Origin: Adineta vaga
Taxonomy: Eukaryota > Animalia > Rotifera
Direction: 5' to 3'
Assembly: GCA_021613535.1 (NCBI GenBank)
Contig: CP075492.1
Span: 9,796,001-9,860,000, forward strand
Length of the DNA stretch: 64,000 nucleotides
Made by a program: the position numbers and the translations under genes. Below are positions 11,611 through 25,664 of the stretch, piece after piece. The number at the start of each line of letters is the position of its first letter. Within the stretch, counting starts at the first letter, position 1. The notes beneath the pieces are model-generated. The model ran no database searches. It had not been told where the DNA came from and worked only from the letters and a program-made list of their open reading frames with translations.

Positions 11611-14600
11611 TTAACCAATTTCATAATACTGATGATCATCTTGATGTGAATCAATTTTATATCTTCGTAATAATTGTTCATTTTGTTCAGGTGTATTCAT
11701 GGGTAATGTTATAGTCGATGTTGGATAACGAAATGTACTCAATAATCCATTCGGCATACTCGTAAGATATTCGGTATTAACACGAAATGATGTTTGATGA
11801 TCTGTACTAAGTATTTGTTTATTGATTTCAGATGATTGAGCTGAACTATAACCACTACTACTTGCATTATAATGTTGAGTAGGTTTATCTTCTTTGGTTG
11901 TGGATGTTGTTGTTGTTGTTTTTTTATAAATAATTGAAAGTTGATGAAGATAAAAATGTTGAATTTCTTTTTGAAGTAAACAATAGAAAATAAATATGAA
12001 TAAACCTTGAAAAGAATTTAATATTGTAAATATATATGAAAAAATTGAAGAGATTTGTTCATGTAGATGAAATAAATCAATTAACCATGTTAAACCAAAT
12101 AGAATTGATAATGTTGTTATATTACGTAATGAAAATCTAGAATAAAAGTAATGATATGTACTAAAGAAGAGAATTAACTCTTTTTTTTCTGAATTTACCG
12201 AATTCCTTGTAAAGAATTATAAGAACTGGTTAAATGTTTACAAATAATATAAATTGATATTGTAAAAAAGCAAATATTTGCCTGTTAAAATCGAAAAAAT
12301 AATAATTATCTTTCGTTTTTACATAGAAAAAACTTACAAGAATAAGAAGAATGAATGGGATTGTAAATGCCCAGATAAATGCATTTTGATACGAAAACCA
12401 ACAACTAAAAGACGATAATTTTAATTATTCTTTAAATGTACAAATAAATAGGAAATTATATTAAAAAAAAGATCTATTTTAAGATGAGTATGTGTTGAGC
12501 ATAATCAATTTAACATAGTTTTTGCCCTCAAAACGGATGCTTTGCTGAATAAATAGAACGTGAATGAATTATGTGAATCTTTGATGAATCAAAAGTACAA
12601 TGAATTAATTCAAAGAATGAAAACGACCATTCATTTCGACTTCTATTTCTCTTCAACTTAAATACAACTACAATTGATAAATACTCACTTTCTACTTGCA
12701 AAATATCCATGATTTGATAGAGAAATTGAAAGAACAACGATTAGTAATGGAAAACCATAAGCATAGAATGCATATGCAATAATTCGAATACGATCAATTT
12801 TAAATGCATGTTTTAATGCTATAATTAATTCAATACCATCAACAAACATCCAAGATAATGTTGCAAGAAGACAATAATGATATAAAATAACCATGATTCG
12901 ACAATCGAACTATATTGATAAAATTCAATAAATATCACAAATTTTATTAGAAATATTTTCCTATTTACTCGATATTGTACTTGTTCAATACCAAATAGAT
13001 AGATAAATTGTGCAATTAATAAACAAATCGACATATTTATATGTAAAACACTACGAACAAGCATAAGATCATCATTTATATCCATACGACATCTAAACGA
13101 ATGAGACTAGTATAAAATCTATTTTCTCAATCATTTCTTTCTCTTCATTACCGCACAGCCAACGCTATAATTGTCAGTATTAAACAAATAATTGACATTA
13201 CATTTCCAATATTCGCTAGAATAGATAATCGATGGGTATGTCCATTTGTAATTGACTAAAAAACGATAAACATCAAGCTTCTTCTAATATTTATTAGCAA
13301 ACTAACCTTAGTAAAACTGGTTTGAAAATTCTTCAAAATTGCAAATATTGATAGATGATTACATGAACAAATTGAATGAGTAGAATTCGAAGATAATAAA
13401 TAACATCCATCTGTACTCCATTGAAATGTATTGTCTATGTGTTTTAGATAAGCACAAGTTGATATTTGATTTGAATTATTCAATGGATCCTATTTTCAAA
13501 TGAAGTTTTCTTTTTAAATATATTACGAATTTTAGTGGTAAGCTTACCAAATGTTGGAAGGTAATTTGAATATCTTGTTGAAGTTTTTGTTTTCCATTCA
13601 GATTAACAAGAGGACTATTTAATTTATTGTTTGTTTGGTATTGATTCAAATATTCATTCAATTTTGATAGAACAAAAAATGTAACATTCATTTTCTCATC
13701 CATTGAAATAACGACGGATCGATCGATATTTTCCAATTGTTGTGAATTGACAAAGAACTCTATACAAAGAAAATAATCATTTACATTGTAAAATATCTGC
13801 AAATTCAATTCATTTCTAACCGATATGATTATTAATTGAAACAAATGAATTCGGTATATCAAGCAATTGTAAACCAATAAAATCCATTTGTTGAATGATT
13901 CGTATAGTCATATTCCATGTCTCATTGATCCATTCATCTTCATTATCAATAAGCGTATCAAGAAATGAAATGAGTTTCTAGACAATAATAGAAGAAAAAA
14001 AGTTCATTAGATTTTCTTGATGAACATATCGTTTTTATCAAACTTTGGCAAGATTTCTCTTTTGATTAAATGATGAAAATTTTTCCAAATAACCATCAAT
14101 CTTCTTCAATGATTGTTTCGCTGAGTTATTTTTATGATCATTCAATGAACATCTATCTTGAAGATCATTTTCAAACATTAATAAGTCAAAATCATCTCGA
14201 GATATTGATGTCTAAATTGAAATAAACGATTTCTATGAATGCTACAGACGAAGTTCTTACATCCTCATGTAATACATAGCGCATAAATGGATTATAGAAT
14301 GGACATTGACAAATTGTATGAGTACCATTTGAACATAATAATTGACATGCAAAGAACATGTCGGATGAACTGAAATGAGAAAAGGAAAACGAACGTATGG
14401 AAAATGAAGGAAAAAAGGAATTTACTCGAATTGAAATGATGAAGTACTGGAACGATATGCACGACATTGATAACGTAATTCAGAAGACTAAAAAATAAAA
14501 ATCACATCATTCTTGTTATAATTAACATTTGTTCTTCTTATTGGAAACAGCTGAAGATCACTGAAGTGTTTGTCTCGAACTTGAGACGCTAGCATTGTTG

Positions 14601-16723
14601 TCAAGGTGACTGAATAGATCATTATTTCTCTCTCTTTAAATCACCATAATAATTTCCGATTCGGAATACAATTAAAAGAGAACGTTATGAAATGATATTC
14701 TGTTTTCTTTTTTGGATGGATGATTTTTAGACTTAAAAATCACATATGAAATAGAAGATTATCAGTGTAAACTAGCTGCTAATCAGCAGCAGATGTTATG
14801 ATGAATGATCTTTATTGAGTTTTTTTTTGTGGAAAACAACTAATCTTTGTTAATCATATTGATTTTGTACTTTGAAGGTTAATAATGTAATTTTCTAAGA
14901 AATTAAATCTGATCTTGAAGCATTTGTCTTTCACAACAATCAGATCTGCTGAATATATGACCTTCGAAATGCGACGGCAACGGACAACAGACGAAGTACT
15001 ATACTTAATGTAACATAATCAAGGATACAATGTCTTCGAAATCAAACCTTGATTTTCCTATGACGTACGTCATGAATACAATGTAATCAACTTTACCACG
15101 GTCAATCTTTTTTCAAATCAGATGTAATCAACAATCGATTAACATCGTCTGTTTACATTTTCTAATCTACTAGATGTAATATCTTATTAAACGGTTGTTT
15201 TTCTCTTAGATGAAGTTCAAGAATCTTTCAGAAGAAGAAAAGGATAAACTAACCTGATGATTGAATATAACTGTCACATTTGCTGTTTGAATTGAACTTG
15301 AATTAATCGATTGTTCAACTAAAATCAATGATTTTATTGATGAACTTAAAGTTTTTGTATCGATTAACATCATTGGTAAATTTCGATATGAATTATCATT
15401 TTTTGTCACGATTATTTGATTTAAACCAAATTGATCTGTATGCATTGTTGGTAAATGAAATCGACTTTGATTATGCACTGGTATAAAGATTTCAAAACCT
15501 AAATTTCAATAAACAAACCATATGTTGATTTGTATTAACGAAAGTTATTGTTAAACAAACCAAGATTTTGGAAATCAATACTAAATGATGAACAGGATGT
15601 CGATGACATGTTCTCAAAAGCATGAAATAGACAAATAGATGATCCATTATTATTATATTCATCCATTCCCTAAGTGATCAAAAAAATCTCTTATATATAT
15701 ATATATATATCTAATAAAGAAGTCTACATACAAAACTGCATTGATTATCCTTAGGCAAAAGTCTATTAATTAACCAAAAATTGCATTGAAATACATAGTC
15801 ATGAGCTAAATGATGCATTGATGACTAAATGAAATAGACAAGAAGATAAAATGAAATGATTAATATACAAAAATTGAATTACTTGAGAAAAAGTTTTTAT
15901 TGGACATTGACAATTTGTATAATTTGGTTTTAACCATTGACTGTTTTGATGACAAAAACGAAATATTTGACCTATAAGCAATCGAAATTCCAGGATGATG
16001 TAAGAAGAAAGAAAAAGATAAATATGTTAATAAATCTCATACCAGTACAAGGATAAGGACAAAGCATATGTTGGCCTTTATTAACAAGTGTTTTGGGCCA
16101 ATGAATTCCTTGGAAATGTTCTTCAGGACAAGTCGTTTCTGTAAAACCGATCAATTGATTATTTGAATTGAATTCGCATATTGTTGATGGACAACGGCAT
16201 GTATAATCATCTTGAATTTTGTCAATACATTTCAAGTCTTTTAATTTAGAACAATTTTGAAATAATTGTAAACATATTTCATCATAATTAAGACAACGAT
16301 AATGTATTTCGAAATGTTTCGGTACTGTTGAACCACAAGGATCAGTAAAGAGAGTATTATCAATAAGAATTTGACAACTTGATTTTTTCTGACATCTGTA
16401 AAAACAAAATAATGAACGTAAATTAGTTTTTCTTCTCCTTACCGAAGTTTAATTTGATATTTTGACTGTTCAATATTTGCACATGTTTTGTAGAAAACTT
16501 GATTTGTTAGATCATCATTACAGATACGTTGTGATGTTCGTCCATACATTGAACGAACAATTTGAATAGTTTCATTTACTTTGGGACATTTGAGAAACAG
16601 CACGTCATGTTCACACACATGTTGAATTGTTACATTTGGTAGTGTGATTGAAATCGTTTTCTCTAATGAACTGAGTATACTCAGGAACAGTAGGTAATGA
16701 TAACATCCATTCATCTGCAACAT
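11611..16723 (-). CDS. Latrophilin-like adhesion GPCR (signal peptide, SUEL/Gal-lectin, EGF-like, HormR, GAIN/GPS, 7TM)
   Basis: [12 protein letters not shown]...YGRTSQRIC lectin; GIHWPKT...CPYPCTG...WLKPNYTNC HormR; GPS WSTDGC...[12 protein letters not shown]; [24 protein letters not shown] and YGFPLLIV family-B TM motifs; stop after HQYYEIG. Confidence 0.85.
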
Positions 16724-19700
16724 ATATACAATCAATGTTTGTCTTTGCTTAGGGCGAAGTGTAGCGAGTAGATAAATGACTGACTGATTCGCAGAAGCTT
16801 GTCGTTGATGATGATAAATCTATCAGTAGAATGTGTGCAATAGTTCTAATCGTATTAGAAGCTTCTGTTGAGGCAGAAGAAGAAGAAGATGATGATGTAC
16901 ATTTTTTCTTAACAATGAATGATTGGTTGAAATACCTGAGACAATTATTTGTTCAACTTCAAAACGCCGCACACACACACACACATTTCCTTTGTTTCAA
17001 CATATCCGTGCTAATGCATTTACAATTGAAATTATTAGAACTAACTAGTTGCTTGACTACCCCATAGGGTTTGTACATTAAAGAACTGTCACTCAACAAA
17101 ATTGCTTATACCTGACGATGATGATCACTTGAATTTAAGAGTGATAGTTAAATTCTCATCCATATTTATTATATGGACTTGACAGCTGTCGAATCCTTTC
17201 GGGTTGAAAAAAGAAAAATAATCTATACAGATAATAGGACAAAACGAATCAGTAAGACATACACTCATCAACTCATATCATTTTACATTTGTCTAGAATG
17301 AATAAAGAAACAAGGACATGCTAACAAATATTTGTTCATTGAAAAGAAGAAGACACGAAAACGTCAAGCTATGTACATCGAATCAATAACAAAGAATGAC
17401 TATAGGAATATATATATACATATATACATATATCGAGACTTAGATGATGGATTTGTCTTAAGTCAAAAATTGAAAGGTTCTTTTATCAAAAACATCAAAT
17501 CTTCTCTACTTACTGTTAAGAGTTACACAAGGTTATCATTAATTTCTAAACGAGACAGAAAGAACAATATAGATGTATACACTTCGTGTATGTACAAAAG
17601 TGTAGACGTACAATCAGCACGCATATTCTATTAGAAAAGAACGAACAAACGAAAGAGAGACGGAGAGAAGAAGGAAAAAGCTTCTCATTCTTATCATTAC
17701 CATTGCCTTCACTCCATCTCTCTTGAGACAAATAGATTTCTCGCTCTCTCTTTCTTTCTCTGTCTCCTTTTCTCTTTGGTGTTGTTCTCAATAGAGAATG
17801 AGATAGGTCCTCATTGCTTAAAGATGAACGATAAAAAATTGATTCCTATATCTATAACAGAATTTTATGCGAGCATTGAATAAATACAAATATGTTGCAT
17901 ACACAAACGACCTTTACACTACTATAGGAATAAATGCGGGTGACGTGCACATATATACATATATATAAATACATACAATCTTTTTCTTATTCTAATTATA
18001 TACTTGACAACCAATACAAACATTCTTTTTTTTATATCGGTCATTCACAAAGAGTATAAAAAAAAAGAGTCTAAACACGCCTTTTACTAAGAATCGATCA
18101 TTGTCAAACAAGGTGACATAACTTGTCTTAACAACTTCTTTAGTATCTTATGATAAGGTCAATGGTTTTCTCTCTCTCTCTCTCTCTGCTCTATAAATAT
18201 ATGATCTAACGACATATCTTCTCGAAACTGATGATCTATTATCTTATTCTTTTTCACTCTATCTCTTTTACACTATCCAGATACATATGCTTTGTCAAGT
18301 GACATCGAACAACATAGTTAAATGTCGATTAACGTGCTAAATGCTTTTTGCTTTATCACGGTAGAAGAAGAAAAAAAGTGACGATATGCAAATCACCGAC
18401 ATACATTCAATTCATCGAGGGAATTATTGTTATTCATAGAATTCATTGATCCGCACTGCCGCTTCTAAGAGTTAAAAACTTTTCGATTAATCTCCGAACA
18501 AAAGAAATGTATAAAGCATACGTACACCACGAGACATGAACAAGCTGAAATAACAAACAGATAGACATAGCTAATTTGCCCTTTTTTTTGTTCTTAAATG
18601 ATACTCAATCACCTGATTTCATGCCGTGTACATTTATTAAAGGGCAAACGAATCCATTTGATAAATGCTAATTAGAACTGAACAGAATAATAAGCACGTA
18701 GAACTATCATAAAGTTTCTTTTCTCTCTGTTCATATGTTCTAGTCGATAATGACTCGATCTGATTACCAACTTTTCATCAGTTCGTTGATGTTTACATGT
18801 GAATAGGAGACGCCTGTGTCGTTAGATATATTGTGTATATATATATATCTATATGGTATACGATCGATTAATTTTGTTTTGAACGCAGATATAAACATAC
18901 TTTACGGACGGAAGTTGTCTGTCACTGGATAACGAGAATGATGAAGGCGAAAACCAGAACAATATGGAGAGTTACGTCAATATACTTTTTCTCTTCCTGC
19001 TGTGTGAGCTAATGAGATGGAGTTCAAGAATAGAACATTAATCGAACTTTGAAGTAGAAAAGAAGGAAATCTGACACGATCGATTAGAAGTTCATTGAAA
19101 CAAAATCAAAAATGACTTTTTTTTCCTCCTGTTTCTACAAGGAAAGAAATCAATCGATAAAAACGATTTCTTCGTCTTCTTCTTCTTCTCACCTATGTAA
19201 TAATCACATATGTATTGTTTTATTCAAGGTTATTACATTCGTTCATTGTTAACTAATTAGAAAAAACTTGTTGAATATCTTATATAAGATTGAAATATCA
19301 GATGTTAAGACTTTCTTTCTTGAAAGGATAATCTCATCTTTTCTTTTCAATCGATTCATTCTTTTTCAAACAAAGTCTTCTACATTTTGGTACGTAAATT
19401 AAGCGTATATAGGATGTGTCAAATAGGTTATTTGATAGTCTTAATATATTGCGTAAATGAGTAATAGATATACAGAAAAGATTGTTGCATAAATGGATTA
19501 GAATGTGATAAACAGAGATTCTAAATATACAGAATTGACTAGAAAAATAAATCAATCAATCAAATATTATCGATGATTAGTCGAAGATCTTATTTTATTT
19601 ATTATCGAGAAAAAATATCGTTATTTTTCAAAGTTCAAATATAACATGTAAGAAAACAAATCTTTTGTTTTCTTACTGATCATTTGATAACTAAGAACAT

Positions 19701-19894
19701 TATTTGTATTTATCTAAAACATAACTACGAAAGCTTGCACAAAAACATATACATGTAGAAAAAAAAGTTCGACAAGCAGATCAAGAGTAATTCTAGTGAA
19801 GATGAGAGAAAATTTTACAACAAAAAATAGATTGCTAGTAAAGAAAGAAACAAGCAGAAATAGAGGAATAAATAATTTACAAGCAATAGATTGA

Positions 19895-22800
19895 TTAAAA
19901 ATCTTTATCCCAACCGGTGAGATCATCTTCTGGTTCAGGACCTTCATCTTCAGCAAAAAAGTCAAAATTCGATGTATCGGCATCATTATCAATCTAAGAG
20001 ACATGGAATTATTGATTTATTTCTAACAAAAATCGCTTACTTTAGGAATATGAGGTGCAACTAATGTTCCACTTTTTAAACATTCCCAACTGAAACCTTC
20101 AAACCATCTGAAATCAAACAAGTCTTATTGAAGGAACTAAATTTAGAAAAAAAGAAAGATATTACTGATGTTTTTGAATATCTTTAATTCCATCTTTTTG
20201 ATATCCAATACGTTCGACTGGATTTTCTCTAGAAATAATAATCATGATAAAAAAAAAGGTCGAGAAGATTTGTCATTTCATGTGTTCTCATACCGGCATA
20301 AACGTTTGATTAATGATGCTGCCATTTTTGAAACACGACGAGGGAATTCAATTGCATCAATACCTTTTAATATAACATTATATGTTTTCATTGGATCTGG
20401 ACCGGAGAATGGAGGACTAGAAAGAAAAAAGGTTTCATACAAAAAGTCTAAAGTAGATTGTGATGACATACTTTCCATTAATTAATTCAAAAACCAAAAT
20501 ACCAAGTGACCAACAATCAGCAGCCATATCATGACCTTTATTTAAAATAACTTCTGGAGCAACATATTCTGAACAGAAGGAGTTAGTAATGACATTATTA
20601 GAAGAATTATCTAGACTTCTTACCAGGTGTACCACAGAATGTCCAAGTTTTTTTGCCAAGACCTACTTTTTTGGCAAAACCAAAATCAACCTATGAAAAT
20701 AAAATATCTATTTGTCAATTGTGGAATCGAATTAGCTACTTACTAATTTACAGTAACCTCTGTGATCTAATAGTAGATTTTCAGGCTATAGAAAAACAAT
20801 CATCTTGAGAAAAGAAACCAGAAAAAGTCTTACTTTTAAATCTCGATAAACAATTCCTTTGCTATGTAAATAAGCAAATGCTTCAATTACACAAGCACTA
20901 TAAAATCGAACTTCAGGTTCTTCAAATATACCACGATTACGTAATAATGTCCATAATTCTCCACCTAGACAACATTCCAAGAGCATATATATATATTTTC
21001 GATCTTTGAACGTTTTATACAATCTATTTTGAAAATCAATATCGAATATTATCTTTTTCTTTTTTCTTTTTTTTGTAATCTAATATTCATACTTGACAAT
21101 AAAGTCTGATCGAGTTTCGGACATTATACTTCGTTCATTTAATACATGTTCTTGTTGTTTCAATGCAACAATATGTTGTTTTTTCATTTGTTTAAGACTA
21201 TATTTATTTGAATTTCGTGTATCGCGAACCTAATCAATGAATAGATTAAAGCAATCGTACAAATCAACAAAATATAATTACCATTTCGACTCGGCCAAAA
21301 CCACCCACACCCAATGTCGAAATAATTTCAATATCCGCCAAACGAAGATTTTTCAAATCTCGTTCATCATCAATACTAATATAGACAAGATATAGACACA
21401 ATAAGTTGAATATAATCGAATCAATAACATACTTTTTACGTGGAAATTTGAATGATTCTTCTCGTTTCAATCGTGATAATTCATTGGCAATCATTTCACG
21501 ATAATTTTGTCGATCAAGTACCAAACATGTTACACCATTTCGATCGTCAGCTATAACATTAAATGGTCGAGTTTCTTCTCTAAAAAGACATAAAAAAACA
21601 TTTTTCAGATCTGACAGTTCCATTTGATAGACATATAGAAACAAGGTCAAACATATCTATTCAATATCTAAACATAAGATTACTTGCCATGATATTCTAC
21701 TCAGATAACTGATCTCTAAACTACTCGAAGCACCTGGACAGCATCATAGCGAAACATTTTACTACGACTATTGGCTATCGAACATCTTTAGAATGTAATC
21801 TGAATTAGTTGAAATTATCTTCTGTAGACATGGACCTTCATTGCAAGGTAGTCTCAGTATTAAGCATCGAAGTCAAACAAAAAAAAACATAAATCATTCC
21901 ATTAACAAGCGATTAGGATTCGAGTAAGAAATATTGTTTTCATCAAGTTTAGGAACGCCTCTTTCCCATTTAGGATGTAATAATAACTTACGTTTGAAGT
22001 GCTGGTTCACCAAATGATTCACCACGTTCAAGATGTCGAACATAAAGAGGTGCATCCCATTTCGATTTTGCTTCTGTAATTTGAGCACGTCCTAGTCAAA
22101 GCGGAAATAAAAGATTCTTTGAGAGATATTCGAATCCAAACATTGAAAAATTTACCTTTAGAAACGATATAGAATGTATCACCTTTCGCACCTTGTCGAA
22201 CGATATATTCTCCATCAGCATAACTTACTTCGTCTAATGTATCCGCAATTTTACTGAGAATATCTTCGCGTAATTTTTCGAAACTCTTAATACTGAAAGT
22301 AAAGAAAAAAGATAGATTCATTTGTCAATAATTTCACCAGAATGTACTTTTTCATTAGTTCTAAATGTTCTGCTTGTTTTTGCATACCAGCTTTCATCAT
22401 TATAGCTTGAAATGTTTGACGATTTATTGCCCAAAGTTTACAGTTCGATAGAGCTAATAGATGAAGAAAAACTTTAGATCATATTCGTTCGCCTTCTTCT
22501 ATTACCTTTAATTGAAGCTGTTCGAGTACAATTGTATAAAATAGCTAATTCACCAAAGACACGTCCGGGACCCATTGTTGTTAATAATTTACTCAATTTG
22601 CTAACTTCAACTGTGCCCTCTAGAATATTTAAAAAAAATATACAATCGAATTTAGGAATTCTTTTCGTTTGTGTTTACCTTCCATTATATAGACAAGATT
22701 TCCCACATCACCTTCTTTGATAATTAAACTACCACCTTTATGTTCTAATGGATACATACAATCCACAATGGACATAATCTGATCCGTTTCAAGATTTTTC

Positions 22801-23292
22801 ATAAAATCATTATTTAATAATGCATCACGTAGGAATTCTTTTGTTCTATTTGAAAGACAATTCAAAATATTTTTCTCGATTTTAAAGATCATCTTACCTA
22901 TCAGATTTATTGAATGCTTGAAGAACAATTCGTAAATCTTTTGATTTCTTCTGTTGAGCTGATTCAGCACTAATAGCTGTTCGTTTTGTTCGTGGTTTTG
23001 GCGATGAAACATCAAGAAATGATGTTCGTGGAGACGAAACAATATCTGTTCCATTATTAAAATCTGTTACTGAAATAAATGTTGGATCATATTTTAGAAT
23101 TTCTTCTTCAAGTTTAATAATATAAGCATCTTTTTCTTTAATGATTAATTCTTTCATTGAAATAACATCATCTTTCTTTCGTAATTGATTTTCATAATCA
23201 TTTCGCAGTTTATTCAAAAGTTTTTCCGTATCTTCTAATTTTTTTACGTTTTCACGTAGCGCCAGTCGAAGATCGTGAATTGATTGAGTCAT
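19895..23292 (-). CDS. PRKG1: cGMP-dependent protein kinase (PKG)
   Basis: N-terminal leucine zipper, KRTAISAE pseudosubstrate, two cNMP domains ([15 protein letters not shown]), [31 protein letters not shown]-terminal [10 protein letters not shown]. Confidence 0.95.
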
Positions 23293-25664
23293 CGTTTTTT
23301 ATTGTTCGTCAACATATGGAAATGATCAATTAAGTAAAAAAACATAAGATTTAACGTTGTAGTTGCGTTGATTTGCACTGATGAGATCGTAAAATTGTCG
23401 TAATGGCAGAAATATTATTGCTAGTGTTGTTGTTATCGTTGTCGCGTCTTTTCATATCAACAGATTGACTTACGTCATCAAACGAACGAATCAAGAAAGA
23501 AAAAGAGAGAGAGAGAGAGAGAGAGAAGGAAAAAACGTTCTCATACAAGCTCTTTGCTAGATCTACTAGGGCGCGGCATCGAACCATCATCATCATCAAC
23601 ATAGATTAACTAATTTTTTTCTTTCTACATATTTCTTCGATATGTGTTTTCTTCTTTGTCTATTTCTATTTGACATTCCTATCTGTATGCATATCGACAA
23701 GAATATCAGATGAATGAATAATTCTCGAGTTTTCTTCTTTAACTATTGGTATCCTGTTTGTCGGAAGTACTCGTTTCTCTTTCTGCATTTCTTTCGTTGA
23801 ATAACTAGAAATAACAAGAAGAAAACCATGTTAGATACACTTCCATTACGATTGCTTCTAATGAAGATGCTTAAAAGAAAACAACATACAGAAGAAGAAA
23901 AAGAAGGAAAAAACTAGCTCTTCTTCTTCTTCTTCTTCCTCTTCTACTTCTTCATTTATAGTTATTTATACCACGAATCGCCCTTTCGAATATCAATCGT
24001 CTATATTACTTAGTCGATAATGGAATGTGAAACCTTTATCCACGAGAAATATTAAGATGTGGATCGTTTTTCTGCTTTTAATTTAATTTAGATGTTGACA
24101 ATGATAGTGCCGATTTAGATCACAATATTGACTTTTCTTTGCGCGGTTTTTTTTGTTTGTTGTATCTCATCGGGTGGTAACAATTCTATAAGTGACAAGA
24201 AAAAAATCAACTTAAAGTTATTTTAAGAGATTATGTGCCACCCATTGCTTTTTGATTGTCATCGAATTCAATCAGAGCTACCATTATATTTGGAATAATT
24301 GAGACGATACAAGAGATCAGAGATGGATCTATATTTGTTTCGTAAAGAAAGTTTCTTGGAGAGTAATAGTCGAATGTCATTCATCTTTGTCGTTTGATTT
24401 TGTTATCTTAAGAGACAAATATGTGTAATTTTATTTTCTATTTGTGTTGCTTTTTCTTGTACTGTATACATGTGACAAATAGATATATTGCACAAGTTTA
24501 TATAAAGCTAAGAAATTAGATTTATATCATGCGTTTTAGTCTTGAAAGGATGATTGATAATCTTGTAAAAGATAGAGAAGAGATGCAACTAGAATGTTTT
24601 CGTTACTGATCAGACTATACTTGAGAAAAGCAACAATACTTGGATTTTATAAATCGAATCTGATTTAATTGTCAGATAAGAAAGCAAAATTATTTTATCT
24701 TCAAATAGCTCGATGCTAAATATAACATCCATATCTTTTGAGATAATATTCGGTTCTTCATAGTAAAAACAAATCTATATTAAAAAAAAATGTCACAAAG
24801 ACTTTTGTTGAAAAAATACATTAATCAAACTATCGAGAGAAAAATCTTTCAATATAAAATAATTCAATAAAACATTAGAATATATTTATATGTACTTTTT
24901 TGATCTTCGAAATGATTGATCTGAACTGGATGACAACATTATCAATCATTCGTTATTTTTTTCTCTTTCTATTCAAAAAACGACTGATAAATATCATATG
25001 ATTAATTAAGCTATAATAGATGTTTGACTTCTTTTTATCATAAATATAGGTACACATGAAATCTATCAGGTGATAGTATCAATAATTCGAATTTCGAAAA
25101 TATTTTATTGTCTTTCTATTTCCTAATAGTACATTATAAACGATTTAGATACATTCCTATAATGATTTTCAGAAAACATCTGGTTGTATCAATTGAATGA
25201 TTGATTATTTCTTGTAGGAATCAAAATGGACAGAAAAAGCATGTTTTTGTTTTCGTCATTATTAAAATCACGTCCTTGATTTCTTCATACGTCAATTTTA
25301 ATATAAATAACGACATTATAATATACAGTATATCACCTTGATTTAGATATTTTATTCTTACTCGAAAAAAAAACAGTTTCATGGATTTGCTGTCTATTTT
25401 TATAATAAACTCCGTTTGAGAGATATTATTATACATGTTGCACCTGCAAAACAAGTGATGCATGACTAATTTTAATGTAGTCTACTAAAATTAGATGGAT
25501 ATTGACGTCGTTAAGTCTCGAGTTAAGGAGTACTCTCATATACTTATATGGATGACTGAAAACGAAACTATAGTTATGTGATCCATAGAGAGTAATATCA
25601 TGAATACATTGGACTGAGTTTTAGACTTGAAGTTTTTCTCATTTATTATTTCGATATATTTCAG

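Noticed and set aside
17300-19890. Short ORFs and microsatellites between the adhesion GPCR and PKG
   Set aside because: Low-complexity UTR/intergenic sequence; no recognisable domains or structure
21660-21980. Possible cassette exon in the longer PKG intron
   Set aside because: No frame-preserving, cNMP-like exon could be read
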